A stretch of 64,000 nt of DNA from a phage, in sequence record PZ452610.1, one strand, 5' to 3'. Positions 29,891-42,774 of the stretch are shown one piece after another (positions within the stretch are counted from its first letter, which is position 1; every line of letters starts with the position of its first letter). The notes under the pieces are model-generated. The model did not search any database, was not told where the DNA came from, and worked only from the letters and a program-made list of their open reading frames with translations. A program made the translations under genes and the position numbers.

Positions 29891-30715
29891 ATGATGTTTG
29901 GTTATTTTTACAACTCGTCGTTCAGGCGATATATCACAATGATGGGCGATTTGTTTTCAAATATCCAAGTTAACCGTCAATTGTCTACAGGCAATAAATT
30001 AATTAGAGTTCCTATCACGTATGCATCTAAAGAGCACTTTATGATGAAACTTAATAAATGGACCTCTATAAACTCACAAGAAGATGTGGCTAAAGTCGAA
30101 ACTATCCTACCACGTATAAATCTCCAAATGGTAGATTTCGTTTATAACCCGACGTTTAAAACGAATATATTGAATAACTCTCTTTTGAGTAAATCGACTA
30201 AGGATATTGTAGACCAATACAACCCATCACCAATTAAAATGATTTTTGAACTGAGCATCTTTACTCGTTATGAAGATGATATGTTCCAAATCGTTGAGCA
30301 AATTATTCCATATTTTCAGCCACATTTTAATACGACTATGATTGAGCAATATGGGCAGGATATTCCATTTGAAAGGGATATTAAGGTCGTATGGATGGCT
30401 GCGGCAATGGATGAACAAATAGATGGTGATAATTTATCCCGTAGACGTTTAGAGTGGTCATTAACATTTGAAGTAAATGGATGGATGTATCCTCCGGTAG
30501 GCGCAGCAGAAGGTCTTATTAAAACGACTTATCTTGATTTTCATGCTAATGAACGAGACCTTCAAACAGCCGAAAGCGTTTTTGAATCAGTTGATACAGA
30601 AATTAAACCGAGAGACGTTGAAGTACAAGATTGGAATGGTGAAGTTGAACAAACTTATACTCATGATATTCCAATTCCGACTCCACCAACCCCTCCTGGT
30701 CCTAGAAAACAATAA
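29891..30715 (+). CDS. 15: gp15 tail sheath stabilizer / tail terminator
   Basis: 274 aa (T4 272). Confidence 0.9.
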   Translation: MMFGYFYNSSFRRYITMMGDLFSNIQVNRQLSTGNKLIRVPITYASKEHFMMKLNKWTSINSQEDVAKVETILPRINLQMVDFVYNPTFKTNILNNSLLSKSTKDIVDQYNPSPIKMIFELSIFTRYEDDMFQIVEQIIPYFQPHFNTTMIEQYGQDIPFERDIKVVWMAAAMDEQIDGDNLSRRRLEWSLTFEVNGWMYPPVGAAEGLIKTTYLDFHANERDLQTAESVFESVDTEIKPRDVEVQDWNGEVEQTYTHDIPIPTPPTPPGPRKQ

Positions 30716-33041
<2,326 letters not shown>

Positions 33042-33068
33042 AAATAAAGCAAATTAAGAGGAATTAAA

Positions 33069-35051
33069 ATGTCACTTCTCTCTCCGGGCGTTGAGCTCAA
33101 AGAAACTACCGTACAGAGTACTGTAGTTAATAACTCCACTGGTACTGCTGCCCTGGCTGGAAAATTCCAATGGGGCCCTGCATTCCAGATTAAACAAATC
33201 ACTGATGAAGTTGCATTAGTTGATATGTTTGGTACTCCTAATACGGATACAGCAGATTATTTCATGTCTGCTATGAACTTCCTTCAATATGGTAATGACC
33301 TTCGTGTTGTACGCGCAGTTGACCGTGATACTGCTAAGAACTCATCTCCTGTAGCAGGCAATATTGAATTCACAATCTCTGCTGCTGGTAGTAACTATGC
33401 AGTTGGTGATAAAATTATCGTTAAGTATTTGACCGAAACTGTTGAAGCAGATGGTTATGTCACTTCGGTTGATGTCGATGGTAAAATTCTTAACATTTAT
33501 ATCCCAACCGGTAAAATTATTGCTCGTGCAAAAGAAATTAATGAATATCCGGCATTGGGTTCTAACTGGACCGCCGAAGTTGCCAGTTCTTCTTCTGGAC
33601 TTTCTGGCGTTATTACAATTGGTTCTATCGTAACCGATTCGGGTATTCTGTTAACTGAAGTTGAAACTTCTGAAGAAGCTATTACTTCTCTAACTTTCCA
33701 AGAATCTATTAAAAAATATGGTGTCCCAGGCGTAGTTGCTCTTTATCCTGGTGAACTTGGCGACCAGCTCGAAATTGAAATCGTATCTAAAGCAGACTAC
33801 GACAAAGGTGCTTCAGCCCAGTTAAAAATTTATCCTGATGGTGGTACTCGCGCATCTACTGCTAAAGCAATCTTTGGGTATGGCCCACAAACTGATGACC
33901 AATATGCAATTATAGTTCGTCGTAACGATGCTGTAGTTCAGAGCGTAGTTCTTTCTACTAAACGTGGTGAACGCGATATTTATGGTAGTAATATCTTTAT
34001 TGATGATTTCTTTGCTAAAGGTGCAAGCAATTATATTTTCGCTACTGCACAAGGTTGGCCAAAAGGTTTCTCTGGCGTAATCAAACTGGGTGGTGGCTTA
34101 TCATCTAATGAAACGGTTGACGCTGGTGATTTAATGGAAGCTTGGGATTTGTTTGCTGACCGCGAATCTGTTAATGCGCAGTTGTTTATTGCCGGTTCTT
34201 GTGCAGGTGAATCTTTAGAAGTTGCTTCTACAGTTCAGAAACATGTTGTAGCAATTGGTGATTCTCGCCAAGATTGCTTGGTTCTTTGCTCACCACCACG
34301 TTCAACTATAGTCGGTATTCCTGTTAATCGTGCAGTTGATAATCTGGTTGATTGGCGTACTGCATCAGGAACTTACACTGATAATAACTTTAATGTAAGT
34401 TCTACTTATGCTGCTATTGACGGTAACTATAAATATCAATATGACAAATATAATGACGTGAATCGTTGGGTTCCGTTAGCTGCTGATATTGCAGGTCTTT
34501 GTGCCCGTACAGACAATATTTCTCAGCCTTGGATGTCTCCGGCCGGTTATAACCGTGGACAAATTCTTAACGTTATTAAGCTTGCAATTGAAACTCGTCA
34601 ACCACAACGTGATCGTTTGTATCAGGAAGCTATTAACCCTGTTACTGGTACCGGCGGTGACGGATATGTTCTGTATGGTGATAAAACTGCCACTTCCGTT
34701 CCTTCACCATTTGACCGTATTAACGTTCGTCGTTTGTTCAATATGGTTAAAACGAACATTGGTTCAGCATCTAAATATCGCCTGTTTGAATTGAACAACG
34801 CATTTACCCGTTCTTCTTTCCGTACAGAGACTTCTCAATATCTACAGGGTATTAAAGCTCTCGGTGGTGTATATAACTTTAAAGTTGTTTGTGATACTAC
34901 CAATAACACCCCAGCAGTTATCGACCGTAATGAATTTGTAGCTACTTTCTACTTACAACCTGCCCGCTCGATAAATTATATTACGTTGAACTTTGTAGCA
35001 ACAGCAACTGGTGCCGATTTCGACGAACTGATTGGTGCTGTAGGTGGTTAA
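33069..35051 (+). CDS. 18: gp18 tail sheath protein
   Basis: 660 aa (T4 659). Confidence 0.95.
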   Translation: MSLLSPGVELKETTVQSTVVNNSTGTAALAGKFQWGPAFQIKQITDEVALVDMFGTPNTDTADYFMSAMNFLQYGNDLRVVRAVDRDTAKNSSPVAGNIEFTISAAGSNYAVGDKIIVKYLTETVEADGYVTSVDVDGKILNIYIPTGKIIARAKEINEYPALGSNWTAEVASSSSGLSGVITIGSIVTDSGILLTEVETSEEAITSLTFQESIKKYGVPGVVALYPGELGDQLEIEIVSKADYDKGASAQLKIYPDGGTRASTAKAIFGYGPQTDDQYAIIVRRNDAVVQSVVLSTKRGERDIYGSNIFIDDFFAKGASNYIFATAQGWPKGFSGVIKLGGGLSSNETVDAGDLMEAWDLFADRESVNAQLFIAGSCAGESLEVASTVQKHVVAIGDSRQDCLVLCSPPRSTIVGIPVNRAVDNLVDWRTASGTYTDNNFNVSSTYAAIDGNYKYQYDKYNDVNRWVPLAADIAGLCARTDNISQPWMSPAGYNRGQILNVIKLAIETRQPQRDRLYQEAINPVTGTGGDGYVLYGDKTATSVPSPFDRINVRRLFNMVKTNIGSASKYRLFELNNAFTRSSFRTETSQYLQGIKALGGVYNFKVVCDTTNNTPAVIDRNEFVATFYLQPARSINYITLNFVATATGADFDELIGAVGG

Positions 35052-35083
35052 TAAGACGCCTGATGGGCTATTTCGGTAGCCCA

Positions 35084-35091
35084 TATAAATA
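35084..35091 (+). promoter_or_regulatory. late promoter TATAAATA (gene 19)
   Basis: Exact TATAAATA following hairpin TGGGCTA-tttcgg-TAGCCCA. Confidence 0.6.
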
Positions 35092-35163
35092 TACTATATC
35101 GTTTAAAAATTAATTCTATGGGCATCAGGTTAATCCTAAGCCCATATTACTACAGAGGCTAAT

Positions 35164-35655
35164 ATGTTTGTAGATGACGTAACTCGTGCCTTCGAATCTG
35201 GTGATTTCGCTCGCCCTAACCTGTTCGAAGTAGAAATCTCTTATCTTGGGCAAAACTTTAGCTTCCAGTGTCGTGCTACGGCTCTTCCTGCTGCGATCGT
35301 TGAAAAGGTTCCTGTTTCTTATATGAACCGTAAAATTAATGTGGCTGGTGACCGTACATTCGATGATTGGACTATTACAGTAATGAACGACGATGCTCAT
35401 AGCATTCGTCAGAAATTTGTTGATTGGCAAGGTATTGCAGCAGGACAAGGTAATGAAATTACCGGTGGTAAACCTGCTGAATATAAAAAGACTGCTATCG
35501 TTCGTCAATTTGCTCGTGATGCTAAAACGGTCACTAAAGAAGTTGAAATTGTCGGCTTGTGGCCTACTAACGTTGGTGAAGTATCTCTTGACTGGGACAG
35601 TAATAACGAGATTGAAACGTTCGAAGTAACTCTTGCTCTTGATTGGTGGGAATAA
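35164..35655 (+). CDS. 19: gp19 tail tube protein
   Basis: 163 aa as in T4. Confidence 0.95.
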   Translation: MFVDDVTRAFESGDFARPNLFEVEISYLGQNFSFQCRATALPAAIVEKVPVSYMNRKINVAGDRTFDDWTITVMNDDAHSIRQKFVDWQGIAAGQGNEITGGKPAEYKKTAIVRQFARDAKTVTKEVEIVGLWPTNVGEVSLDWDSNNEIETFEVTLALDWWE

Positions 35656-35703
35656 TCTGGTTGGGGAGAAATCCCCAGCTTCCCGTGATGACGGAGAAGT
35701 CCA

Positions 35704-35711
35704 TATAAATA
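35704..35711 (+). promoter_or_regulatory. late promoter TATAAATA (gene 20)
   Basis: Exact TATAAATA 29 nt upstream of gp20 ATG. Confidence 0.6.
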
Positions 35712-35739
35712 TAACTATAATTCCCATTCGGAGAATACA

Positions 35740-37311
35740 ATGAAATTTAATATCTTAAGTTTGTTTGCTCCATGGGCAAAAATGGACGAACGTGATTACA
35801 AAGACCAAGAAAAAGAAAATTTAGAATCGATCACCGCACCAAAATTAGACGACGGCGCTAAAGAATACGAAGTATCTGAAAATGAAGCACAGCAAACATA
35901 TAATGCTATGTTTCAGAGAATGTTCGGTAGCCAAGAACCAGGGCTCAAATCAACGCGTGAATTAATCGATACGTATCGAAATTTGATGACGAACTATGAA
36001 GTGGATAATGCAGTCTCTGAAATAGTTTCCGATGCTATCGTATATGAAGATGATACAGAAGTCGTTTCTATAAATTTAGACAACACAAAATTTAGTCCAA
36101 ATATCAAATCAATGATGTTGGATGAATTTAACGAAGTGTTAAATCATTTATCTTTCCAACGTAAAGGTTCAGACCATTTTAGACGTTGGTACGTAGATTC
36201 TCGAATTTTCTTCCATAAAATTATTGACCCTAAACGCCCTAAAGAAGGTATTAAAGAGCTTCGTCGTTTAGACCCACGTCAAGTTCAATATGTCCGTGAA
36301 GTTATTACAACCACTGAAGCTGGTGTTAAAATAGTCAAGGGTTATAAAGAATATTTCATTTATGACACATCACACGAATCTTATGCTTGTGATGGTCGCA
36401 TATATGAAGCTGGCACAAAAATAAAAATCCCTAAAGCCGCGATTGTTTATGCCCATTCTGGTTTAGTTGATTGTTGTGGTAAAAATATCATTGGTTATTT
36501 GCATCGGGCTATTAAGCCGGCGAACCAATTAAAACTTCTTGAAGATGCAGTCGTAATTTATCGTATTACTCGTGCTCCCGATCGTCGTGTATGGTACGTT
36601 GATACAGGTAATATGCCTTCAAGAAAAGCAGCAGAACATATGCAACATGTTATGAATACGATGAAAAACCGTATTGCATATGATGCTACTACAGGCAAGA
36701 TTAAAAACCAGCAGCATATTATGTCGATGACCGAAGATTATTGGTTACAACGACGTGATGGTAAAGCAGTAACAGAAGTTGATACATTACCAGGTGCAGA
36801 TAATACCGGAAATATGGAAGATGTACGTTGGTTCCGTAATGCGCTTTATATGGCTTTACGTATTCCTATTACCCGTATTCCAAGTGACCAAGGTGGTATA
36901 CAGTTTGATGCTGGTACTTCTATTACACGAGATGAATTATCATTTGGTAAATTTATTCGTGAGCTGCAACATAAATTTGAAGAGATATTCCTAGACCCGC
37001 TTAAAACTAATTTAATTCTTAAAGGAATTATTACAGAAGATGAGTGGAATGATGAAATAAATAATATTAAGATAAAATTTCATCGGGATAGTTATTTCTC
37101 GGAATTAAAGGATGCTGAGATTCTGGAGCGTCGCATTAATATGCTTCAGATGGCCGAACCATTTATTGGTAAATATATTTCTCACAGAACAGCTATGAAA
37201 GATATTCTTCAGATGTCTGACGAGGAAATTGAACAAGAGGCTAAGCAAATTGAAGAAGAGTCGAAAGAGGCTCGTTTCCAAGACCCCGACCAAGAACAAG
37301 AGGATTTTTAA
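35740..37311 (+). CDS. 20: gp20 portal vertex protein
   Basis: 523 aa (T4 524). Confidence 0.95.
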   Translation: MKFNILSLFAPWAKMDERDYKDQEKENLESITAPKLDDGAKEYEVSENEAQQTYNAMFQRMFGSQEPGLKSTRELIDTYRNLMTNYEVDNAVSEIVSDAIVYEDDTEVVSINLDNTKFSPNIKSMMLDEFNEVLNHLSFQRKGSDHFRRWYVDSRIFFHKIIDPKRPKEGIKELRRLDPRQVQYVREVITTTEAGVKIVKGYKEYFIYDTSHESYACDGRIYEAGTKIKIPKAAIVYAHSGLVDCCGKNIIGYLHRAIKPANQLKLLEDAVVIYRITRAPDRRVWYVDTGNMPSRKAAEHMQHVMNTMKNRIAYDATTGKIKNQQHIMSMTEDYWLQRRDGKAVTEVDTLPGADNTGNMEDVRWFRNALYMALRIPITRIPSDQGGIQFDAGTSITRDELSFGKFIRELQHKFEEIFLDPLKTNLILKGIITEDEWNDEINNIKIKFHRDSYFSELKDAEILERRINMLQMAEPFIGKYISHRTAMKDILQMSDEEIEQEAKQIEEESKEARFQDPDQEQEDF

Positions 37312-37541
37312 TGGACGATTTAATTCAAGCTATTAAATCAAACGACCTCGTTGCTACTCGAAAGTTTTTTGAAAGTGCAATGGCAGAAAAAACGGTTCGT
37401 TTGATTGAAGCACGCAAAGCAGAAATCGCTTCTCAATTTTTGATTGAAGGCGAAGAACCTGAAGAAGAAAAGAAAGCTTCGGAAGACGACGCTGATGAAG
37501 GCGATGACGACGAAGACGAAGATGATGAGGACGATGAATAA
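37311..37541 (+). CDS. 67: gp67 prohead core protein
   Basis: 76 aa with poly-acidic C-terminus ([12 protein letters not shown]). Confidence 0.85.
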   Translation: MDDLIQAIKSNDLVATRKFFESAMAEKTVRLIEARKAEIASQFLIEGEEPEEEKKASEDDADEGDDDEDEDDEDDE

Positions 37542-37966
37542 TGTATCTTATCCCTGAATCTTATGAATTGGTACTCGAAAATGTCGAAGCACTTATTCCT
37601 GAAGCACAGGGCCGAATCGATGCATTGTCTTCTGCTCTCGATATTGACGATATAAATACTATTATCGAGAACATGCTTGAAACTGAAACGGATTTAGCTG
37701 TTGCAATGGCTTCCATTATTAATGAAGAACAGTTAAACGAGTTTATCGTTAAACATGTTTCTTCTCGTGGTGAAGTCACCCGCACTAAAGACCGTAAAAC
37801 TCGTGAACGTAACGCGTTCCAAACAACCGGTCTTTCTAAAGCAAAACGTAGACAAATCGCTCGTAAGGTCGTTAAAGCTAAAAAAGCTAACCCTTCAGGC
37901 CAAGTTAAAGGCTTGCGTAAGCGTAAAAAAGCTCTTAAACGTCGTAAAGCATTAGGATTAAGCTAA
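37541..37966 (+). CDS. 68: gp68 prohead core protein
   Basis: 141 aa as in T4; basic C-terminus. Confidence 0.85.
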   Translation: MYLIPESYELVLENVEALIPEAQGRIDALSSALDIDDINTIIENMLETETDLAVAMASIINEEQLNEFIVKHVSSRGEVTRTKDRKTRERNAFQTTGLSKAKRRQIARKVVKAKKANPSGQVKGLRKRKKALKRRKALGLS

Positions 37967-38607
37967 TGAATAAACCCGAGTTACTTATTGAAACTTGGGG
38001 TCAACCCGGTGAGATTATTGATGGCGTTCCAATGTTGGAATCTCATGATGGAAAAGATTCTGGCTTAAAACCAGGGCTTTATATAGAAGGTATTTTTCTT
38101 CAGGCAGAGGTTGTTAACCGAAATAAACGTTTATATCCTAAACGTGTTTTGGAAAAAGCCGTAAGCGACTATATTAAAGAACAAGTCGCAACCAAACAAG
38201 CCCTTGGAGAATTAAATCATCCACCTCGTGCAAATGTTGACCCTATGCAAGCCGCTATCATTATTGAAGATATGTGGTGGAAAGGAAACGATGTATATGG
38301 ACGTGCTAGAATTATTGAAGGCGACCATGGTCCCGGCGATAAATTAGCTGCTAATATACGAGCTGGTTGGATTCCAGGTGTTTCCTCTCGTGGTCTTGGT
38401 TCTTTAACCGACACCAATAAAGGGTACCGTATCGTGAACGAAGGATTTAAATTAACCGTCGGTGTAGATGCCGTATGGGGTCCTTCTGCTCCAGATGCTT
38501 GGGTTACTCCTAAACAAATATCAGAATCAGAAAATTCGGTGGAAATCACCAAAAACAGTGCTGATGAAGCATTTAAAGCTCTCGCAGAGAGTTTAAAAGC
38601 ATTATAA
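37966..38607 (+). CDS. 21: gp21 prohead core protein / prohead protease
   Basis: 213 aa (T4 212). Confidence 0.9.
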   Translation: MNKPELLIETWGQPGEIIDGVPMLESHDGKDSGLKPGLYIEGIFLQAEVVNRNKRLYPKRVLEKAVSDYIKEQVATKQALGELNHPPRANVDPMQAAIIIEDMWWKGNDVYGRARIIEGDHGPGDKLAANIRAGWIPGVSSRGLGSLTDTNKGYRIVNEGFKLTVGVDAVWGPSAPDAWVTPKQISESENSVEITKNSADEAFKALAESLKAL

Positions 38608-38640
38608 ATAATAATGTAATCTAAACCACAGGACACTAAA

Positions 38641-39453
38641 ATGATCAAAGAACAACTTTTGAAAGAAGCTCAGAACATCGAGACTTCAGTTGCTCTTAAT
38701 AGTGTTTTCGAATCAGTAGAACTGTCTCCGGACGTTAAAGCTAATTTCAGCACTGTATTCGAAGCCACCGTTAAGCAGGAAGCAGTCAAACTGGCTGAAT
38801 CTCATATCAAAGCCATCGCCGAAAAGGCCGAAGAAGAAGTTGAAAAGGCTAAAGAAGATGCTGAAGAGAAAGCTGATAAAAAATTGGCTGAACAAGCTTC
38901 TAAATTCCTAGACCATCTTGCAAAAGAATGGCTCGCAGAAAACCAAATCGCAGTTGATAAAGGCATTAAAGCTGATTTGTTCGAATCCATGCTTGGTGGT
39001 CTGAAAGAACTGTTTGTTGAACATAACGTTGTTGTTCCAGAAGAATCTGTAGATGTTGTAGCAGAAATGGAAGAAGAGCTGGCCGAACATAAAGAAGAAA
39101 CCGCTCGTTTGTTCGAAGAAGTTACCAAACGTGATGCATATATCAATTACGTTCAGCGTGAAACCGCTATTAATGAAAGCGTGAAAGACCTGACTGAATC
39201 TCAGAAAGAAAAAGTTATTGGCCTGGTTGAAGGTATGGATTATTCTGACGCATTTGGTACTAAGTTAACTGCTATTGTAGAAATGGTTAAAGGTTCTACT
39301 AAAGAAGAAGCCGCTATTACCGAAAGTATAAATACAGTTGACAATGACGCTGCCGGTCTTAATTTTGTTGCCGAAGCAGTTGACACTACCACAACTCAGG
39401 TAGAACAGAATTCTAATGTAAGTTTATATGCGAAAGTCGCATCTCGTTTCTAA
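38641..39453 (+). CDS. 22: gp22 prohead core scaffold protein
   Basis: 270 aa acidic coiled coil (T4 269). Confidence 0.9.
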   Translation: MIKEQLLKEAQNIETSVALNSVFESVELSPDVKANFSTVFEATVKQEAVKLAESHIKAIAEKAEEEVEKAKEDAEEKADKKLAEQASKFLDHLAKEWLAENQIAVDKGIKADLFESMLGGLKELFVEHNVVVPEESVDVVAEMEEELAEHKEETARLFEEVTKRDAYINYVQRETAINESVKDLTESQKEKVIGLVEGMDYSDAFGTKLTAIVEMVKGSTKEEAAITESINTVDNDAAGLNFVAEAVDTTTTQVEQNSNVSLYAKVASRF

Positions 39454-39470
39454 TTTAAAGGTTAACACAA

Positions 39471-41033
39471 ATGACTACTATCAAAACTAAAGCTCAGCTC
39501 GTAGACAAATGGAAAGAACTGCTGGAAGGTGAAGGCCTGCCGGAAATCGCTAATAGCAAGCAGGCTATTATCGCTAAAATCTTCGAAAACCAGGAAAAAG
39601 ATTTCGAAGTATCCCCTGAATATAAAGACGAGAAAATCGCTCAGGCATTTGGTTCTTTCTTGACCGAAGCTGAAATTGGTGGTGACCATGGTTATAATGC
39701 TCAGAACATCGCAGCAGGTCAAACCTCTGGTGCAGTAACCCAAATTGGGCCAGCAGTTATGGGTATGGTTCGTCGTGCTATTCCTAATCTGATCGCTTTT
39801 GATATTTGTGGTGTTCAGCCTATGAACAGCCCTACCGGTCAGGTATTTGCTCTCCGTGCAGTATATGGTAAAGACCCTATCGCTGCTGACGCTAAAGAAG
39901 CTTTCCATCCGATGTATGCTCCAGATGCGATGTTCTCTGGTCAGGGTGCTGCTAAGAAATTCCCAGCTCTGGCTGCTAGCACACAAACCACAGTAGGTGA
40001 TATCTATACTCACTTCTTCCAGGAAACTGGTACTGTATATCTGCAAGCTTCTGTTCAAGTAACAATCGATGCGACCGATGCTGCTAAATTAGATGCCGAA
40101 GTTAAGAAACAAATGGAAGCTGGTGCACTGGTAGAAATCGCTGAAGGTATGGCTACTTCTATCGCTGAACTCCAGGAAGGTTTCAACGGTTCTACCGATA
40201 ACCCATGGAATGAAATGGGCTTCCGTATCGATAAACAAGTTATTGAAGCTAAATCTCGCCAGCTGAAAGCTGCTTACTCTATCGAATTAGCACAAGACCT
40301 CCGTGCAGTACACGGTATGGATGCTGATGCTGAACTGAGCGGTATTCTGGCTACAGAAATTATGCTAGAAATCAACCGTGAAGTTGTTGATTGGATTAAC
40401 TACTCAGCACAGGTTGGTAAATCTGGTATGACCCTGACTCCGGGTTCTAAAGCTGGTGTATTTGACTTCCAGGACCCGATTGATATCCGTGGTGCTCGTT
40501 GGGCCGGTGAAAGCTTTAAATCTCTGTTGTTCCAGATTGATAAAGAAGCAGTTGAAATTGCTCGTCAAACCGGTCGTGGTGAAGGTAACTTCATTATCGC
40601 TTCCCGTAACGTAGTTAACGTACTGGCTTCAGTTGATACTGGTATTTCTTACGCTGCACAGGGTCTGGCTTCCGGTTTTAATACCGACACTACTAAGTCT
40701 GTATTTGCCGGTGTACTTGGTGGTAAATACCGCGTATACATCGACCAGTATGCTAAACAGGATTATTTCACCGTTGGTTACAAAGGCGCTAACGAAATGG
40801 ATGCAGGTATTTACTATGCTCCTTACGTTGCACTTACCCCACTGCGTGGTTCTGATCCTAAGAACTTCCAGCCGGTAATGGGCTTTAAAACTCGTTACGG
40901 TATCGGTGTTAACCCGTTTGCTGAAAGTTCCCTGCAGGCTCCAGGTGCTCGCATCCAGTCCGGTATGCCATCTATCCTGAACAGCCTTGGTAAGAACGCT
41001 TACTTCCGCCGTGTATATGTAAAAGGCATCTAA
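39471..41033 (+). CDS. 23: gp23 major capsid protein
   Basis: 520 aa; closely matches T4 gp23 as recalled (e.g. GLPEIANSKQAIIAKIFENQEKDF). Confidence 0.97.
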   Translation: MTTIKTKAQLVDKWKELLEGEGLPEIANSKQAIIAKIFENQEKDFEVSPEYKDEKIAQAFGSFLTEAEIGGDHGYNAQNIAAGQTSGAVTQIGPAVMGMVRRAIPNLIAFDICGVQPMNSPTGQVFALRAVYGKDPIAADAKEAFHPMYAPDAMFSGQGAAKKFPALAASTQTTVGDIYTHFFQETGTVYLQASVQVTIDATDAAKLDAEVKKQMEAGALVEIAEGMATSIAELQEGFNGSTDNPWNEMGFRIDKQVIEAKSRQLKAAYSIELAQDLRAVHGMDADAELSGILATEIMLEINREVVDWINYSAQVGKSGMTLTPGSKAGVFDFQDPIDIRGARWAGESFKSLLFQIDKEAVEIARQTGRGEGNFIIASRNVVNVLASVDTGISYAAQGLASGFNTDTTKSVFAGVLGGKYRVYIDQYAKQDYFTVGYKGANEMDAGIYYAPYVALTPLRGSDPKNFQPVMGFKTRYGIGVNPFAESSLQAPGARIQSGMPSILNSLGKNAYFRRVYVKGI

Positions 41034-41057
41034 TCTTAATTGATTAAATCTTATTTT

Positions 41058-41087
41058 GGGAGACTTCGGTCTCCCATTTTTGGTTTT
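41058..41087 (+). terminator. rho-independent terminator after gene 23
   Basis: GGGAGAC-ttcg-GTCTCCC followed by ATTTTTGGTTTT. Confidence 0.7.
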
Positions 41088-41355
41088 ATTTCTGTGCAAT
41101 TTTGATGTAAGTTTTCAAAATATTTTGCCAATTAGGCATACCTTCTTGGACATATGCCGGAGAACCATCTTTGTTTTTGAATGATGCAAGTTTATCAGTG
41201 GCCCAATAACCTTTAGCTCGAGCTTCAGAATCAACTTTCATCCATACTTTGTTGAAGGCATTACCATTAACTTTTGCACCATATTTTTCTACTAACTTAA
41301 CTGCTTCAGCTTCCAGAACTTTTAAAGTATCTCGTAAGAAACGTGCTTTAGTCAT
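41086..41355 (-). CDS. hypothetical protein between genes 23 and 24 (T4 segD position)
   Basis: 89 aa basic protein (MTKARFLRDT...) driven by the 47-bp cassette; no GIY-YIG motifs visible. Confidence 0.55.
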   Translation of the reverse strand: MTKARFLRDTLKVLEAEAVKLVEKYGAKVNGNAFNKVWMKVDSEARAKGYWATDKLASFKNKDGSPAYVQEGMPNWQNILKTYIKIAQK

Positions 41356-41395
41356 TTTGTTTACTCCTCTGTAGTTGATAAGTCTATAGTATCAC
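41349..41395 (-). repeat. 47-bp promoter/RBS/start cassette, identical copy at 4917..4963
   Basis: Exact identity over 47 bp including RBS AGGAG and ATG ACT. Confidence 0.85.
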
Positions 41396-41415
41396 ATACC
41401 AAATACGTTGTAAAC
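41376..41415 (-). promoter_or_regulatory. early-type promoter cassette
   Basis: ttgataagtctatagtatcac ... gtaaac (minus GTTTAC -35, TACTAT -10). Confidence 0.5.
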
Positions 41416-41421
41416 AATCTT

Positions 41422-41429
41422 TATAAATA
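41422..41429 (+). promoter_or_regulatory. late promoter TATAAATA (gene 24)
   Basis: Exact TATAAATA 28 nt upstream of gp24 ATG. Confidence 0.6.
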
Positions 41430-41456
41430 ATCTATATCACATAAGGAAAAAATGCA

Positions 41457-42740
41457 ATGAGTAAAATCCAAAAATTATTGCGTGAATCTACAACGTCTAC
41501 TAGCAACTCAATTGGTCGCCCAAATCTCGTTGCTTTGACTCGCGCTACGACTAAATTAATATATTCTGACATTGTAGCAACACAAAGAACTAATCAACCT
41601 GTTGCTGCTTTTTATGGTATCAAATATCTTAACCCAGATAACGAATTCACATTTAAAACCGGTGCTACTTATGCTGGCGAAGTTGGATATGTAGACCGAG
41701 AAAAAATTACTGAACTCACAGAAGAATCAAAAGTCACACTAAATAAAGGTGATTTTTTCAAATATAATAATATCGTCTATAAAGTGTTAGAAGATACACC
41801 ATTTGCAGATATTCAAGAAAGTGATCTAGAATTAGCTCTTCAGATTGCAGTCGTTCATTTAAAGGTACGGTTATTTTCAGATGCAGCGGTAACAAGCAAA
41901 TTTGAAAGCTCTGATAGCGAAATTTCTGATGCAAGATTCCAGATTAATAAATGGCAAACTTCAGTCAAATCTCGCAAACTTAAAACTGGTCTCACGGTTG
42001 AATTAGCGCAAGATTTGGAAGCGAATGGATTTGATGCCCCTAACTTCTTAGAGGATTTGCTTGCTACTGAAATGGCTGATGAAATTAATAAAGATATTCT
42101 TCAGTCTTTAATTACTGTATCGAAACGTTATAAAGTTACTGGAATTACTGACACCGGATTTATTGACTTGAGCTATGCATCCGCTCCAGAAGCAGGTCGT
42201 TCATTATATCGAATGGTGTGTGAAATGGTATCACACATTCAAAAAGAGACAACTTATACTGCAACGTTTTGTGTAGCCTCAGCTCGTGCAGCTGCTATTC
42301 TTGCTGCTTCCGGTTGGTTAAAACATAAGCCAGAAGATGACAAGTATCTTTCACAAAATGCTTATGGATTCTTGGCAAATGGATTACCTCTTTACTGCGA
42401 TACCAACAGTCCGTTAGATTATGTTATTGTTGGTGTTGTAGAAAATATCGGCGAAAAAGAAATTGTAGGGTCCATCTTTTATGCTCCATACACTGAAGGA
42501 GTAGATTTAGATGACCCGGAACATGTTGGTGCATTTAAAGTTGTAGTTGATCCAGAAAGCTTGCAACCGTCTATCGGATTATTGGTTAGATATGCTTTAT
42601 CAGCAAATCCTTACACAGTAGCAAAAGACGAAAAAGAAGCGAGAATAATTGATGGTGGGGACATGGATAAAATGGCAGGACGTTCAGACTTGTCTGTTTT
42701 ACTCGGTGTTAAATTGCCTAAAATTATTATAGATGAATAA
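41457..42740 (+). CDS. 24: gp24 capsid vertex protein
   Basis: 427 aa as in T4. Confidence 0.95.
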   Translation: MSKIQKLLRESTTSTSNSIGRPNLVALTRATTKLIYSDIVATQRTNQPVAAFYGIKYLNPDNEFTFKTGATYAGEVGYVDREKITELTEESKVTLNKGDFFKYNNIVYKVLEDTPFADIQESDLELALQIAVVHLKVRLFSDAAVTSKFESSDSEISDARFQINKWQTSVKSRKLKTGLTVELAQDLEANGFDAPNFLEDLLATEMADEINKDILQSLITVSKRYKVTGITDTGFIDLSYASAPEAGRSLYRMVCEMVSHIQKETTYTATFCVASARAAAILAASGWLKHKPEDDKYLSQNAYGFLANGLPLYCDTNSPLDYVIVGVVENIGEKEIVGSIFYAPYTEGVDLDDPEHVGAFKVVVDPESLQPSIGLLVRYALSANPYTVAKDEKEARIIDGGDMDKMAGRSDLSVLLGVKLPKIIIDE

Positions 42741-42742
42741 AC

Positions 42743-42772
42743 AAAAAAAAAGGGACCTTACGGTCCCTTTTT
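42743..42772. terminator. bidirectional rho-independent terminator (gene 24 / rnlB)
   Basis: A8-AGGGACC-ttac-GGTCCCT-T5. Confidence 0.7.
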
Positions 42773-42774
42773 CG

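Noticed and set aside
38802-39146. Minus-strand Ser/Ala-rich 114-aa ORF inside gene 22
   Set aside because: Antisense to the well-supported scaffold gene; low-complexity shadow frame.
41034-41456. Homing endonuclease (segD) or intron between genes 23 and 24
   Set aside because: Only an 89-aa ORF without GIY-YIG/HNH motifs is present; no intron-like structure interrupts gp23 or gp24.
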